The translations under genes and the position numbers were made by a program. The notes under the pieces were generated by a model. It did no database searches and was not told the origin of the DNA. It was given only the letters and a program-made list of their open reading frames with translations. This document shows, piece after piece, positions 11,255-24,000 of a DNA stretch of 64,000 nt. Positions within the stretch are counted from its first letter, which is position 1. Each line of letters opens with the position of its first letter. Source of the DNA: Bacteroidia bacterium. Its GTDB lineage: Bacteria; Bacteroidota; Bacteroidia; M30B66. Where the stretch lies: contig OZ257142.1 in assembly GCA_965279035.1 (NCBI GenBank), positions 3,488,001 to 3,552,000 of the forward strand, read 5' to 3'.

Positions 11255-12655
11255 GCCAGTAATTCAGGAATAATTTTCCAACAAAATACAATGAAGTCTC
11301 ATGGAAATTCTTCACATATAGGAGCAGGTTTACTTTTAGGCTTTAACCCTAATATTATTTACAATAATAATCCAACGTCTATAACAATAGCTTCAGTAAT
11401 TGGACCTCAAGATACTACTAAAAATCAATGGCTTGATATGACATATGGTATTGGAGCAGTTGAACCTCAGGCAAGCTATTCATCCCAGACTAATCGTTTT
11501 TTTGTAAAAGGCAGTAATGATATTTCATTTTATACAAATCATGAACCTAATGATCCAACTTGCAACTTTGATTTGTTTTTTACTTGTCTTCCTGGTTCAA
11601 CATCTGCAGAAAGTAATATTTGTAGTTATGCTGGTTCAATAATAACGGGATATCGCATTGCAAATCCAAAGAACCTTATTGATATAATAAGTAAATCTGT
11701 TCATGACAGTTTATATTTTGACATGTATGATTCTGAAATTAACTATCAAGTAAAAAAAGATATTGATGTTCTTATTAAAAATCAAACTGGTACTATTCCA
11801 GATACGGGTACTATAAGTATTATGAATGCTATGATACAAACAACGAATATTCCTCAATTCAATAGTGTTAATAAACTTTCGGGTGAAAACAAAATTGATT
11901 CTTTAGAACTTGTAGAGTTTAAATTGAAAAGTAGAATCTTAGATTCATTAACTTTAATCAAAGATTCGTTAATCTTTGTTTATGATTCTGACTCAACAGT
12001 GATTAATGCTATTAATGCCCTCCAAAATGATATCAATACATTGGCTTCTAGTTTAACAAATATTCATAGCAATTATATTTCAATGAAGGCAGCTAGTAAT
12101 GAAAGTGCTAAGCAAGTAAATACTGCCATTACTCCTGTTAACTTAATGGAATATTTAGAAAAGAAAATCAATGTATACAATCACTTATACAATAGAGTAT
12201 CGTTTGTTGAATTTAATGAATCTGAAAAAAACATAATTGATTCTATTGCTTCAGTTTGCCCACTACTGGGCGGAAATGCTGTTTTCCTTGCCAGAAGTAT
12301 TCAATTTTCATACAATGACAGTATTTTTTACGATGATTTACTATTGTGCAATCAACAAGGTGTTTACAATCGTTTGGCAAATAAAGACAGCATTTATGAA
12401 TTGAAAGAAGAGCATTTTGTAGTTTATCCAAATCCATCAACTGGTGAATTGAATATATATTTAAGCTCAGGGGATATATACTCAATTCAAATCTTTAATT
12501 TATTAGGTCAATTGGTGTTTAAAGAATCTGATTTGAAATTAAAAACAACAGTTCTTATAGACAAAGAAAAGCTTGCAAATGGCACCTATATTCTGTTGCT
12601 TGAAAATAAAGTAACGGGGAAAATAGAGCGTAAAAAAATCAATTTCAATCATTGA
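11255..12655 (+). pseudogene. C-terminal part of a large T9SS-sorted protein
   Basis: No signal peptide, begins at the IS3 end, CPLLGGNAVFLAR motif and YPNP CTD. Confidence 0.8.
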
Positions 12656-12662
12656 ACTTAAA

Positions 12663-14201
12663 ATGAAAATCAAAATGTGTAATACAAAAATTATTTTTTG
12701 TTTTTTTATTGTCTTGTTATCATTGTCGCTCAAAGCACAACGTCAATCTGATGTTTTGGTAATGGGTAATAGTGTATATAGTATACCCGCCGAAGCTCCA
12801 GGTTCTAATTTCTTGATGGTATTTAATGAAGATAGTTTAGAATATATCGACAATGAAACCCCCATTATTCTATCCAATTTTTTTAGTCGTGCCTCATACT
12901 CAGATAAACACGGGAATTTAAAATTTGCATCCAATGGTTGGCGATTGGTGAATAGTTTTGGAGAAGTTCTTTCCTATAAATTATGGCGAGAAGATATGGA
13001 ATGGCCTCAAGGCTCTCCAGATACTACTCTAGTTGATATATCCAAAGGACCTTTGTTTTTAGAGGATCCCGCCGACAGCAATCGGGTGTATTTGTTTTAT
13101 GGACAATATAAACGCGATATACCATCTTCAATTGGACTAATTAGTCAAGATGTATATTTTACTTATGCTATTTTAGATGTACCATCACAGAGTATGATTA
13201 GTATTAATCATACTGTTTTGAGTGACACTACGTCTATTTCGGATGCAGTGGCTGTTCGTCATGGAAATGGTCGCGATTGGTGGATTATTAAGCCTGGAAT
13301 TTTTTCTAATGAATACTATATTGGATTATTGGATATCAATGGGGTATCCTCTATGCAGCATGTATTTATTGAAGGATTAGAACCTCATACACAAACCTAT
13401 ACAACATCTCATTTTAGTCAAGATGGAAATCACTTTATTCATTTTTCTGGATTTGGTCCTAAATGGGTTCAACGAATGGATTTTGATCGTTGCACTGGTA
13501 TTTTAAGTAACCCGCAAGATCTGGATATTAGTTCCTTATTTAGACCTGCTGACTTGCCTAATTTTATTCCAAGTCCAGATTTATCTAAGTTTTACGGAAA
13601 ACGATTAAATTACAATGATAGTAGTTATCAATACGGAACATATCAATATGATTTTGTTAATGATTCATTAACCTTTATAACCTTAGCTACAGGTCTTTCT
13701 TTTATTTCACCAAATTATAATAACGTATTCAACTTTGAATTATTTGATAATTCTAATCCATTTGAAAATATGTATTATAGCACAATAAATAACCTTACTG
13801 GAAATGGATTGGAATACCAACAGTTTCGTTATGAATTAACTAATACTGCAACGTGCGTTTTAGCACCTAATATAGTTAACTATAGGCTTGGCTCTTTAGT
13901 CGGGAGTGCTTGTGATCCTTTAGCCTTAGAAGATATGGCATTAATTAAATCAAAAAAACTCAGTCTCGAACTATTTCCCAATCCAGCAAATACTCAATTG
14001 CATGTCCGCATAAATGATCCCCAAAATGATTATTCAATACGATTGTATAACTCAATTGGTGAATTAGTGTATTCAACTCAATTAAGTAAAGGACTATTGG
14101 ATATTGATTTGACTTCTTTATCTCTTAGTTCTGGTGTGTATTTTATTGAATTATCCAATTCTACAGTCATAAAGCGTGAGAAAATTTTGATTGCTAATTG
14201 A
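12663..14201 (+). CDS. T9SS type A-sorted partner protein
   Basis: Close paralog of 3615-5159. Confidence 0.85.
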   Translation: MKIKMCNTKIIFCFFIVLLSLSLKAQRQSDVLVMGNSVYSIPAEAPGSNFLMVFNEDSLEYIDNETPIILSNFFSRASYSDKHGNLKFASNGWRLVNSFGEVLSYKLWREDMEWPQGSPDTTLVDISKGPLFLEDPADSNRVYLFYGQYKRDIPSSIGLISQDVYFTYAILDVPSQSMISINHTVLSDTTSISDAVAVRHGNGRDWWIIKPGIFSNEYYIGLLDINGVSSMQHVFIEGLEPHTQTYTTSHFSQDGNHFIHFSGFGPKWVQRMDFDRCTGILSNPQDLDISSLFRPADLPNFIPSPDLSKFYGKRLNYNDSSYQYGTYQYDFVNDSLTFITLATGLSFISPNYNNVFNFELFDNSNPFENMYYSTINNLTGNGLEYQQFRYELTNTATCVLAPNIVNYRLGSLVGSACDPLALEDMALIKSKKLSLELFPNPANTQLHVRINDPQNDYSIRLYNSIGELVYSTQLSKGLLDIDLTSLSLSSGVYFIELSNSTVIKREKILIAN

Positions 14202-14275
14202 ATTTATACATAACCCAATAATTGAATGATCATAGTGCTTATTTTATTGCATTATGCTTATTACAAAGTGTTGCA

Positions 14276-14402
14276 TAACGCTCCGCGTGCAACTCGAGGT
14301 TTGGGAATTGGTCAGCAGAATGCTTTAGATTAGACGAATATAGCAAGAAAATTGAAATGATTTAACCGAGCAGAATGCCCAAATCTTGAGTGCACGCTGT
14401 TA
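14276..14402. repeat. attC-like repeat 2 (family A)
   Basis: taac-gctcc-gcgtgcaactcgaggtttggg...cccaaatcttgagtgcacgc-t-gtta. Confidence 0.88.
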
Positions 14403-14413
14403 GTGGCTGGTGT

Positions 14414-15328
14414 TTAGTTATCAATAAATTTATTGCTCTTACTTATGTTACACTCTTCACATAAAGTTTGAAGATTATTGAGTTCTGTTAATCCTCCGAG
14501 TGAAAAAGGTGTTTTATGATCTATATGTAACTTAATATCATCTTTTGCAGAGCGACCACAAGCAATACATTTAAAATTATCTTTTTTAAATACTTTATAT
14601 CTCATGCTTAAAGGAATAGATCTCTTAGACTTATTCTCAATAACTTTTAATGGCAACTCATCAATATCATTATCATCCACTTCATTTATGGAATCAAACT
14701 TATTAAAGTTGGGTAATATTTCTAACTGATAACCTTTGTTTCCTTGAAAATGACCTTTAATTATTGAAACAACAATAAAATCATTTAAGAATTTTTCAGG
14801 TGAAGTATTAACCAATTCTTCTGATTGTGGATCAAAAATCCCTAAAATGATATCATTATTTTCTGTTATTTCAAATCCTAGATTTCTTAACATGTCACAA
14901 AATACAATTTGTTTTTGTCTACGATGAGCTTGGGCTCGTTTATCGTCGCCATCATATCGTTCTGCGAATTTTATTTTTTGTGTAAGGAAAATTACATTAT
15001 CACTTTCTTTCTCTGTTGTTAAATTTAAAGAAAATGTCATTCCTACAGATTTATTAGCTTTTGTATAGCAAAATAGTCTGTAATGATTTGATGTGTTTTC
15101 ATATAACTGAACTGAAACCTGCAATTCTCCTTGTAGAATAGGAAATGTGTATTCATGAATATTCCCTAATAATTGAAAATCCGATTGATTGTATTGAATT
15201 ACATCTTTAACACCTTGACTTCCTTGTAAAATAAATTTACCAATTGAAATTTGATCCGGTAATTCTGTTTTTGCCAATAATAAAGCGAACTTAATTGCAT
15301 CTAAATGATATTCTTCAAGATTGTCCAT
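14414..15328 (-). CDS. HNH endonuclease (C-terminal zinc-finger HNH), cassette copy 1
   Basis: CIACG...HIDH...GG...NLQTLCEECN; likely start MDNLEE at 15328. Confidence 0.85.
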   Translation of the reverse strand: MDNLEEYHLDAIKFALLLAKTELPDQISIGKFILQGSQGVKDVIQYNQSDFQLLGNIHEYTFPILQGELQVSVQLYENTSNHYRLFCYTKANKSVGMTFSLNLTTEKESDNVIFLTQKIKFAERYDGDDKRAQAHRRQKQIVFCDMLRNLGFEITENNDIILGIFDPQSEELVNTSPEKFLNDFIVVSIIKGHFQGNKGYQLEILPNFNKFDSINEVDDNDIDELPLKVIENKSKRSIPLSMRYKVFKKDNFKCIACGRSAKDDIKLHIDHKTPFSLGGLTELNNLQTLCEECNISKSNKFIDN

Positions 15329-15358
15329 AGTAAAATGATAGTTAAAAACACTTGCCAC

Positions 15359-15485
15359 TAACGCTCCGCGTGCAACTCGTGGTTTGGGAATTGGTTTGCA
15401 GAATGCTTTATTTTAGACGAATATAGCAAGAAAATTGAATTGCTTTAACCTAGCAAAATGCCCAAATCTTGAGTGCACGCTGTTA
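15359..15485. repeat. attC-like repeat 3 (family A)
   Basis: taac...gtta palindrome. Confidence 0.88.
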
Positions 15486-15928
15486 TAAGATGCGCGCCAA
15501 CTCAGCCTATGCGTGACTAGTAAAATTCAATCAAAATAAGCCATTCCAAAATCTTCATTACAAAGAAGCTTTCCCAAAACTCTGAGCAGATTTGATTGCA
15601 TTCTATGCTGAATATAGAATTTGAAAATCTCTAATGCCTTTTCGTCATGCACATTCTCGAGGCCATTTTTTATGGATCTCGCTCACCAAACTAGCAAAGG
15701 CATTTACATTCGATTTCATTCATATAAAATATCAAGCAAACAAAACCGAGATAAATATTTCTGCTGAATTTGAGTTCTGACCTTTTCAATGGCTTATTTT
15801 GAACTTGCAAAATCTAAGGCGATTTTTCCTGTTCGATCCCAACTAAAAACAGTTTTACAAATTGCATGAATAACTCATTTGTGCAAAATGTTGCCGACTT
15901 TGCGGAAGAGATTCGCGTTTCTTATAAC
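15482..15928. repeat. Non-coding cassette X, copy 1
   Basis: gttataagatgcgcg...cgcgtttcttataac; nested inverted repeats; no conserved ORF. Confidence 0.85.
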
Positions 15929-16049
15929 GGTCCGGCGATTTGCGAATGCGCGGAACAGTTTACCCAAATGTATCAAAACAAACGAAATGATTCAATCAGA
16001 AAAATGACTTAGAGAACGAAAATGCCCGCGTATCGCAGATTGCCTGTTA
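15925..16049. repeat. attC-like repeat 4 (family C)
   Basis: taac-ggtcc-ggcgatttgcg...cgcagattgcc-t-gtta. Confidence 0.88.
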
Positions 16050-16430
16050 TTTGATGCGCGCCAAGTCAGATTCAGTTCTAGCAAACTTTCCAAGCAAAAA
16101 AAGCGACTTGAATACACATTCTGAAATAAGGCCAAAAACCATTCTGCAAATATTCTGTGTTTGTCGCCATCAATTCTCTAGTTGATTTCATCAATCCATT
16201 AATTTGATTTTATCAGCAGTTCATTCCAGGCATATGGCGACAAACTTTTCAAAAACCTCTCAAATGGTTTTTGCCTATCCCTCAAATGCCGAGCTTTTTT
16301 TATCAAAAACGATTAGACATTCGTTTATTACTTTATTGTTTCCTGATAGCCGAAACTTCCTTTCGCCTTTAATGAATTATCTGACCACAATGCGAATGGC
16401 GAGTTTGGAAAATTTCGCGTTTCAAATAAC
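16046..16430. repeat. Non-coding cassette Y, copy 1
   Basis: gttatttgatgcgcg...cgcgtttcaaataac; internal IR gtttgtcgccat/atggcgacaaac. Confidence 0.85.
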
Positions 16431-16552
16431 GTTCCGCACACACCTGAAGAGCCAAACGAGGTGAACGAAATGCTTTAGATTAGACGAAAATAACAAGAAA
16501 AACGAACGTCTCAACCTCCCGAAATGCTTGGCTTTTCTGGTGTGTGCTGTTA
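16427..16552. repeat. attC-like repeat 5 (family B)
   Basis: taac...gtta palindrome. Confidence 0.88.
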
Positions 16553-16565
16553 GCCCTTGGCGGTT

Positions 16566-18059
16566 TTATTGTTTAATAAATTTCTTTCCTGAGCGATTGC
16601 CAGTTTTCAAATCTTGTATTTCAATCCAATATATCCCTTGACTTAAGCCATTAATTTCATTTGATAATACAGTTTTTTGATTTTGAATCTGACCTTTCCA
16701 GTGAATTCTTCCAAGCATATCTGAAATAATTGCTTCACAATGTGATGGAATATCTTGTTCAATTATTAAAGAAGATTCAACAGGATTTGGGTATAATTTA
16801 AATCGTATATTTAAATTATTATCGATTGATTGAATACCTGTGCTTAAACTATCACAAATACTTCCTGTTAAAGCACCTAGTCTAAAATTGGCATAATTGG
16901 GAGAAACTTCAATAAATCCATAATTGATTAGATCAAATACTTGAGGTGTAAATCCACAATTTAATGTTGGGTTATTTGGTTGATAGAGAACACTAAGTTT
17001 AGGCTCATATGGATTAGAGGTAAAATCAGTTGTTGGAGAAACGACCCACAAGTTATTGGGAGTTAAACATGGTGCTCCTTGCCCTTCAGCAATAACTGAA
17101 AAAATAGATGTTTCAAAATCGTATTGACATAATTCAATTGTCAAAAATGCATTCATATTAGATCTTCTAAAATACAACTTTGTGCCATCAGGACTTAAAC
17201 AGCAAGCATTAACAGCATCTTCATTAAAATATGAACTCAAATCATGTTCAATCGGATTTGATAATCCTCCAGTACATCGGTCAAAATTATATATATATGC
17301 TTTTCTAACTGAACCGATAATTACGTTTATAAATTTGCCTCCATCACTTGAAAATAGATTCCAACCACCACCCGGTTGGTGGATATGAGGTATAGGTGTA
17401 TAAATTGAGTTAAAATCAAAACCCGAAGGGTTTAATAAAGCTTGATAAAATTTATCCTGATAAATAGTTGATTTCATAATCCACCAATCTCTACCATTTG
17501 CGTGCCTGCATGCGGCAATAGTGCCTGCTGCGCTTGAGTCTAATTCAATAGGATGCTTTCTGATTATAGTCTCAATTTCTGAATCTGTTGTTTTGAATTC
17601 TGAATAATAAAAACTAGTATCAATTCCTAAAATAAATGGATCGTCAAGAATAGGTTTAGAATAGGAATTTAATAAACAATATTTTTGGGAAGAACCAGGA
17701 ACATTCAAAAAAAGTGAGTTTTTAAATCCAAGCGGCATTTCACTAAAATTTCCTGAATAAAAAGAATCAATTATTGCACCTGATGAGTCAAATAAATATT
17801 TGCCATTAAAAACAAGCAAAAGATTACCTAAAGAATCTGAAATTGAAGCAGAACCCTTATTAATTCTGTATTGAAAATTAGCACTTTCTATACTTTCCAG
17901 TCCAGTATTATTAAATTTAAGAACACCACTCCCGTATGGTTCTGGACAGCCATTTTCAGGAGAACATAACCCCCATACCCAGTTATCAGCTTGGCGTTGA
18001 GATAAAAGCTCTGAAAAAGAAGTTAAAGCAAAAACCAAAATAAGTAAATTAAATTTCAT
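16566..18059 (-). CDS. T9SS type A-sorted partner protein
   Basis: Signal peptide, QRQADN, RHANGRDWW, FDRCTG, YPNP CTD. Confidence 0.85.
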   Translation of the reverse strand: MKFNLLILVFALTSFSELLSQRQADNWVWGLCSPENGCPEPYGSGVLKFNNTGLESIESANFQYRINKGSASISDSLGNLLLVFNGKYLFDSSGAIIDSFYSGNFSEMPLGFKNSLFLNVPGSSQKYCLLNSYSKPILDDPFILGIDTSFYYSEFKTTDSEIETIIRKHPIELDSSAAGTIAACRHANGRDWWIMKSTIYQDKFYQALLNPSGFDFNSIYTPIPHIHQPGGGWNLFSSDGGKFINVIIGSVRKAYIYNFDRCTGGLSNPIEHDLSSYFNEDAVNACCLSPDGTKLYFRRSNMNAFLTIELCQYDFETSIFSVIAEGQGAPCLTPNNLWVVSPTTDFTSNPYEPKLSVLYQPNNPTLNCGFTPQVFDLINYGFIEVSPNYANFRLGALTGSICDSLSTGIQSIDNNLNIRFKLYPNPVESSLIIEQDIPSHCEAIISDMLGRIHWKGQIQNQKTVLSNEINGLSQGIYWIEIQDLKTGNRSGKKFIKQ

Positions 18060-18061
18060 GT

Positions 18062-21000
18062 TTATCGTTTAATTAATTTTTCATTCAAAACTTTCAATCC
18101 TGAGTTGTCAAATACCTGAATAAAGTATAATCCTTGAGCAACAGGATTTAAAATGTCAACTTCAAACTCACCAGAAATTCTGAGTGATTTATTATAAATT
18201 AATTGACCCATTGAATTCATAATTTTAATTATAAAATCATTAGATCCAGGCAATAAACTTCTAATAATAAATTTACCAGTTGTTGGATTAGGGTAAATTC
18301 GTAAAAACTGATTCAAGTTATTATTTGAATTTGACATATCAGTTTTAGATAAACGAAACATAACTCCTTGCTGTATACAAACACCATCATCGTTGTATAA
18401 AGCTGTATCATTTATGAGTGCATAAAGGCTTCGTGCTTTGAATACAGCAGAGCCTCCCAAAGCAGGGCACAAATGCGCAATTTCATATAATTCAGAAATT
18501 TGAAATTCATCGAATATTAGATTGTTTTGAGCTACTGTGTTTAAATATATCTTGTTTACTCGTCGCTCAAAATCCTCAAATTCAATATTAGTTACTACCC
18601 CATTATTGTATAAAAAGGAACTATCACGTGCAAATCCTTGTTTATCTAAAACATTGTTGTCTATTAACTCTAATTGTAATTTTAATTGATAAATGATAGT
18701 TACCAAAGCTGCTCGCTGGTTAATTGTTTGTTCATCATCATATAAGTTATCAGCGATAATAGTACTATCAAGAATATCTATTTGACTCATCACTAATTTC
18801 ATTTCCTGTAAATACCCTTTTTTAATTTGATCGGTAGTTTCAGAAGTTTCATTTATAACCTGAGTTTGATCCACATAAACGTAGTTCTGAGCAGGACTTT
18901 GCTGATATGCTTCAATGAATGAAACAAAATTACCAGTATCTGGTAGGATTAGCTCTTGGGAATTTAAAGCTTGGAAAATATCTTTACTAAGTGAGAATTT
19001 TACCGATTCTGTAAACGGGTCAAAAGCAAGAGAATCATACGCCAAAAGTCGAGCTAGGTTTTCCTGATCTTTAACAGAAGCTCCTGTAACGAAAGCAGGT
19101 GCAGAAATTATTGAGCAATATGGTTCTGAAGGAGAATTAAATGAGTTATCGCAATAGAAAAAATCCCCTTCACAAAAACCTGTAAATGGTTGAAAGGGAG
19201 GAAATATTGGATAGATTGTTAAATCTGATGGATTGTGAACTGTAAAGCTGTTTAAAGTCGTATTTGCAGAGTTAGTGCTTTGCCTTCTAGCAGGAGTAAT
19301 AATATAACCGCCAGTCCATTTATTTCCATTGTTTATCTGATTCCCTAAAATTCCAGTTGCTGTTATATCAACACCATATTGATGATTTACAATAGTGTTT
19401 AATTTAAAACTATCAGTTTGGCAATTACCATAAATCTTAAATCCATATCTCGAATTATTTACATAATTATTTTTAATGATGCCATTTCTAGAATTTGTAA
19501 GATTAATTCCAAATTGTCTAGTTGTTGTATTACCATTGATAAAATTACACGAAACCAATGATTTATTTGTATTAGACATGTAAATTCCACCACCTATATC
19601 CCAACTACTATTAAAGAATGTAAAGGGAAGAATTACAATTGTATCGGATTGAATTCTAATTCCCGTTGCTGAATTAACAGATATTCCAAAAGATGATGTT
19701 ATTTTATTTGCAAGAATCGTAGTATATCTCCCCATAAATTGATTTGAAACAAAGATCCCGTTGTTAAATGAAACCTGAGGCAATTGTGAAAAAAGAGGAA
19801 GAGATGTTATTGTATTATAACCAATAGTATCATTTAACATAAAATCACTTTGCATTAGACTAACACCCTGAATCTTTGAAGCAATTTTATTTTTCATTAT
19901 TTTAAAGCTCTTAGCTCTTAAATTCAAACCGCGAACTCCAACATTAACATTATCAAAAGAACAATTTCTCACATGTACATCACTTGCATTTACAAATACA
20001 CCCTTATTACAATTATTAAAATGCGTGTTATTTCCCCAATTATTTGGCTCTAATTGACTAAATCCTCCTACGAACAAAAATGAATTAGTGCTTGCATAAA
20101 TACCGTTTCCACTTACATTATTAAACTGAGAAATTGGACTTATTTGATTATCTAACCAATAACTACTCCCTTGGTAATTTACACCAAATGGCTGGATATT
20201 ATCAAATTTTGATTGATATACTTTTGCATAAGCATATTTATTTAAAATAACACCATTACATAAATTCTTAAATCTACTTCCAGAAGTTACATACAAATTA
20301 TAATAATTGGTAGCAACAATTCCGGCTAAACTATAACCCAAAGGTAAAGGAGATTGATTAGGAAATGTTTGCAATAATTGCCCTCCAATAAAAGAACAAC
20401 TTTTCAAAGCAAGTGGATGCTCGCCTAATTCGTCTCCAGATTTGATAGCAACAAAATTATTTTCGAAAATCGTATTATCTACATTAGAATATGCATTCCC
20501 AAAACGTCTTAGCAAAATGCCATAGTGTGCATCTTTAATATTACAATTACTAATTTTCAATTTTCCCAAATTATTAATACCATTCCACATTTGCTCACAT
20601 CCTTTTAAATTACAAGAGTCCAATTTTAAAGTTCCAGTTACTTTAATTTCTTTCCCCCCAGCAATAGTGATATCACAATTATTAAACTCAAAAATATTAT
20701 CAACAGTTAAACTATGATTCAACTGAATGCATTTATCAGATAATATACTTAACCCCAATGATGTAGCAAGTTGAGAGGTTGTTAAAACATTTGCTGGAAT
20801 AATATATAATGGCGTACCTAAACTATCACAAATTTGACAATTACAAAGTGTATTAGAACTGATAGTTATCGCAGTATCTATACTAACACACCCTGAATCG
20901 TTTGTGAATGAATAAGTCAACATCAATGTATCTGAAATATAACTTGACGGGTCTACTACAAAGCTATTATTTGATAAACCATTAATTGAGAATATACCTC

Positions 21001-24000
21001 CTACTGGTGATACAGAAACTAAATAGTTCATACTTGCACAAATGCTATCACCTAATTGTAAAATATTAGCAGAAGAAATCTCATTAATTGAAACATCAAT
21101 ACTCGCCGTATCAATACACCCACTCAAATGCGAAACTATAACAGTATAGCTAGTATCATTATTTGGAGAATCGTAAGCAATTGAGTTATTAAGGCTATCA
21201 GCGGTCGCGTTCATGCTCCATTGGTATGTATGAGCATTTGTTACTAACGTATCTGTTGCAATAAATGGGTTGCTATTGTTAAAACCAAGATTATTAGTAG
21301 CATTTGAATCAACAGCGTGAAGTGAAATTGGACTACCACCACAAATAGAACTTTGACTGAGAATAATATGAGCTTGCACTCCATGATTTTGAATTTCTAA
21401 TGCATTGAAAACATATATGAGACCACCATTAGTGGTTACTGTTGCAGAATAAAGCCCTTGCTCAACATTTATATTAAGAATTGTGTCTTGAATTGTTAAA
21501 TCGGAAACAAGTAAAATGCTATCCAATTCAATTTTATATAATTGAATGTGCTTATCACTAGAATCAGTAAAATGTAAACTAATAATGCCTAGAGAATCTG
21601 CATTACAAGGATGCTTTAGAGATACTGTCGCTGCAGATTGCAAACAACAATCAGGAGAACCTGCCATAGCAGATATTTGAGACTGAGTTGAAGGCGATGC
21701 GTTATTTATGAAACTTTGTGAAAGGTAATTTGATGTATACAAAGCAGAATCATTACATTCTGTGTAACCAGTAAAGGTTGCTTCTAATATGCGATATAAA
21801 AAGTTACTTTGGAAAACAGAAGGTGATAAATTACATGTTGATTGATCTAGTTTAAATCTTAATGCAAATTGGAGATGAGCTCCGGCGTGAAGTGTATCTA
21901 CAGATGGAAATGCTAATACTAAAACAGTTGTCGGAGGCGTTGGAAAATCTTCAAATTGAAAAGAGTAATTAGGATCAATGGTATCATTGAGATAATTACC
22001 ACTTTGGCTTGACAAAGAATCTCCAGCTAAAAAATACTCAAACGTACTTGAACCAGTATTTAAAATTAAGCCAGAAGGAATGTTAATTAGTAATTTCCCA
22101 TTTACAATATTTGGGCGATTAATAGGATTATCAATATCAATTAACCATGTTAAGTCACAGCCTGAAGAGTCATTATTAATAATTAACTGCGAGCTTCTGT
22201 TTACATAAGCAGTATCACGATGAAAATTAACAATTGAAGTCCCCCCAAAACATTGAGGAGCTCTATTAACATTCTCTTTAAAAACTTCGAATGAATCAGT
22301 TATACAAAAGCATCCATAGTTTAAAGAAAGTCTATAATTATCAATGCCACAAACAACCGGAATAGCTAATTGTGTTGACATACTGTCTATTGGAAAACCA
22401 TTTTGAAAAAAATGATAAACAACTCCAAGTGAATCAATAACACTTAATGAATCATTCAAAAATGGTATTGTCGGGGAAAAAGGATTTATTGTTACAGGTA
22501 AATTAGGTGCGTTCGGCAGTAAACTTGAAACACCGTAACTCAACCAACAATTACCTATTTGTAATGAATCAGGCGATTTAATATGAAGATCAAAATGGAC
22601 TGAATCCGATTCAGCAATTCCTTGTATTTGATTAGGCATAGGTAATCCTAGAAACAATCCATTAAATACATTAGGGGAAGTATATATCCAATATGGTGTT
22701 TTAACTTTTTGAATATCAAATTGACTATGATTTGATACATCAACCGAATCATAAAATGAATAATCAACAAGCCGTAAAGAATCAACTACATATAAATAAG
22801 TTGGTATAAAATCTGAATCAATATAGTTTAAAGGGGATATGTAGGCAAAATCATAAAACGGGAGTTTGTGTGGTATTGTATCATTCCCGCTTGAACAAAA
22901 TTTGTTTGCTTTTATATAAATGTCCTGAAAGCCAGGTTTCTCAAGAGGATGCAAAAATGTTTGATTAGGATACCAAAGTTTTCTAAGTGTATCTGAATAA
23001 ACTAATGTATCTGTTCCATTTTCAATTGCAAAACCTTCAATAAAATTGCTTGAATATGCAGTATCTGCATATCCAATAAATGGTCGAAACTCATATGGAA
23101 AATCATCCATAAAGGTTCCTAAACCTCCAGAAAGCCGAATCTTAAAATGTGCTTCTGATATACAATGAGATGTAGAATCGTTTTGTGTAATGATTGAAAT
23201 CGACTTGTTGGGTACTAAAACTTTTAACTGAGTTCCCCAAGGATCGCAGCTATAAGTTGTCAATTGCGAATCCATATTAGTAGAACAGATAAATTGCCCT
23301 CTAAATAATACCGGATTTATTGGAGTTGTTACATCAGGTAGAACCCAAAATTCTGCATTAAGTCTGAGTTTATATGAATGAGTATTGATTGAATTGAGTT
23401 GAGGGAGTGCTGATAAGTTATCAATACCTAATTCAAAACTATAAAGTGTATCTCCACTCATTCCAAATACACTTGAATTATTGGGATTAATATTTTGAAC
23501 AATCAATGGAACTGAAAAAGAATCAGCAGCAATTGAATCTATAAAATAAAGTTCCGAATTCTTTAATTTTAACAATGGTTGATCACCAATTATTGTATGA
23601 GCTAATTCAAATGAAATATTTTGAAATTCAAATGTTTCACTACTACCATTGACTGTTAAATCAGGATAAGAGACCAAAGTCCCAATTGAAGATAATTTAA
23701 CAATATCAAATGGATATAGCTTGGTTAATTCATTACTAATTATAGATTCTCTTAGTATGCTTGGTAATGAAGGATTTGAAATATCAATTAATGAATCAAT
23801 ATGCAATGTTAATTCATCCCTTGATAATATAGGAGTATTAGGAAAATCAGTAGTATCACGAAAACCAAAGGTTGATCTTTCCAAATTTACACTCTTTGTT
23901 CCCATTGGTACAAATCCATCACATTCTCCCGGACAATGTGCAACTACATTCAAAGTATTGCATGCAAGTGTTTTATAACATTCTTCACACGAAGCGCAAA

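Noticed and set aside
3615-14201. Diversity-generating retroelement acting on the paralogous partner genes
   Set aside because: No reverse transcriptase, and differences are spread along the genes rather than adenine-specific in a VR/TR pair.
16204-16464. Short + strand ORFs in cassettes X and Y (also 28455, 39537, 39801, 41934, 42509, 49724)
   Set aside because: Starts, stops and frames differ among copies, many start at TTG and run into repeats; best explained as incidental.
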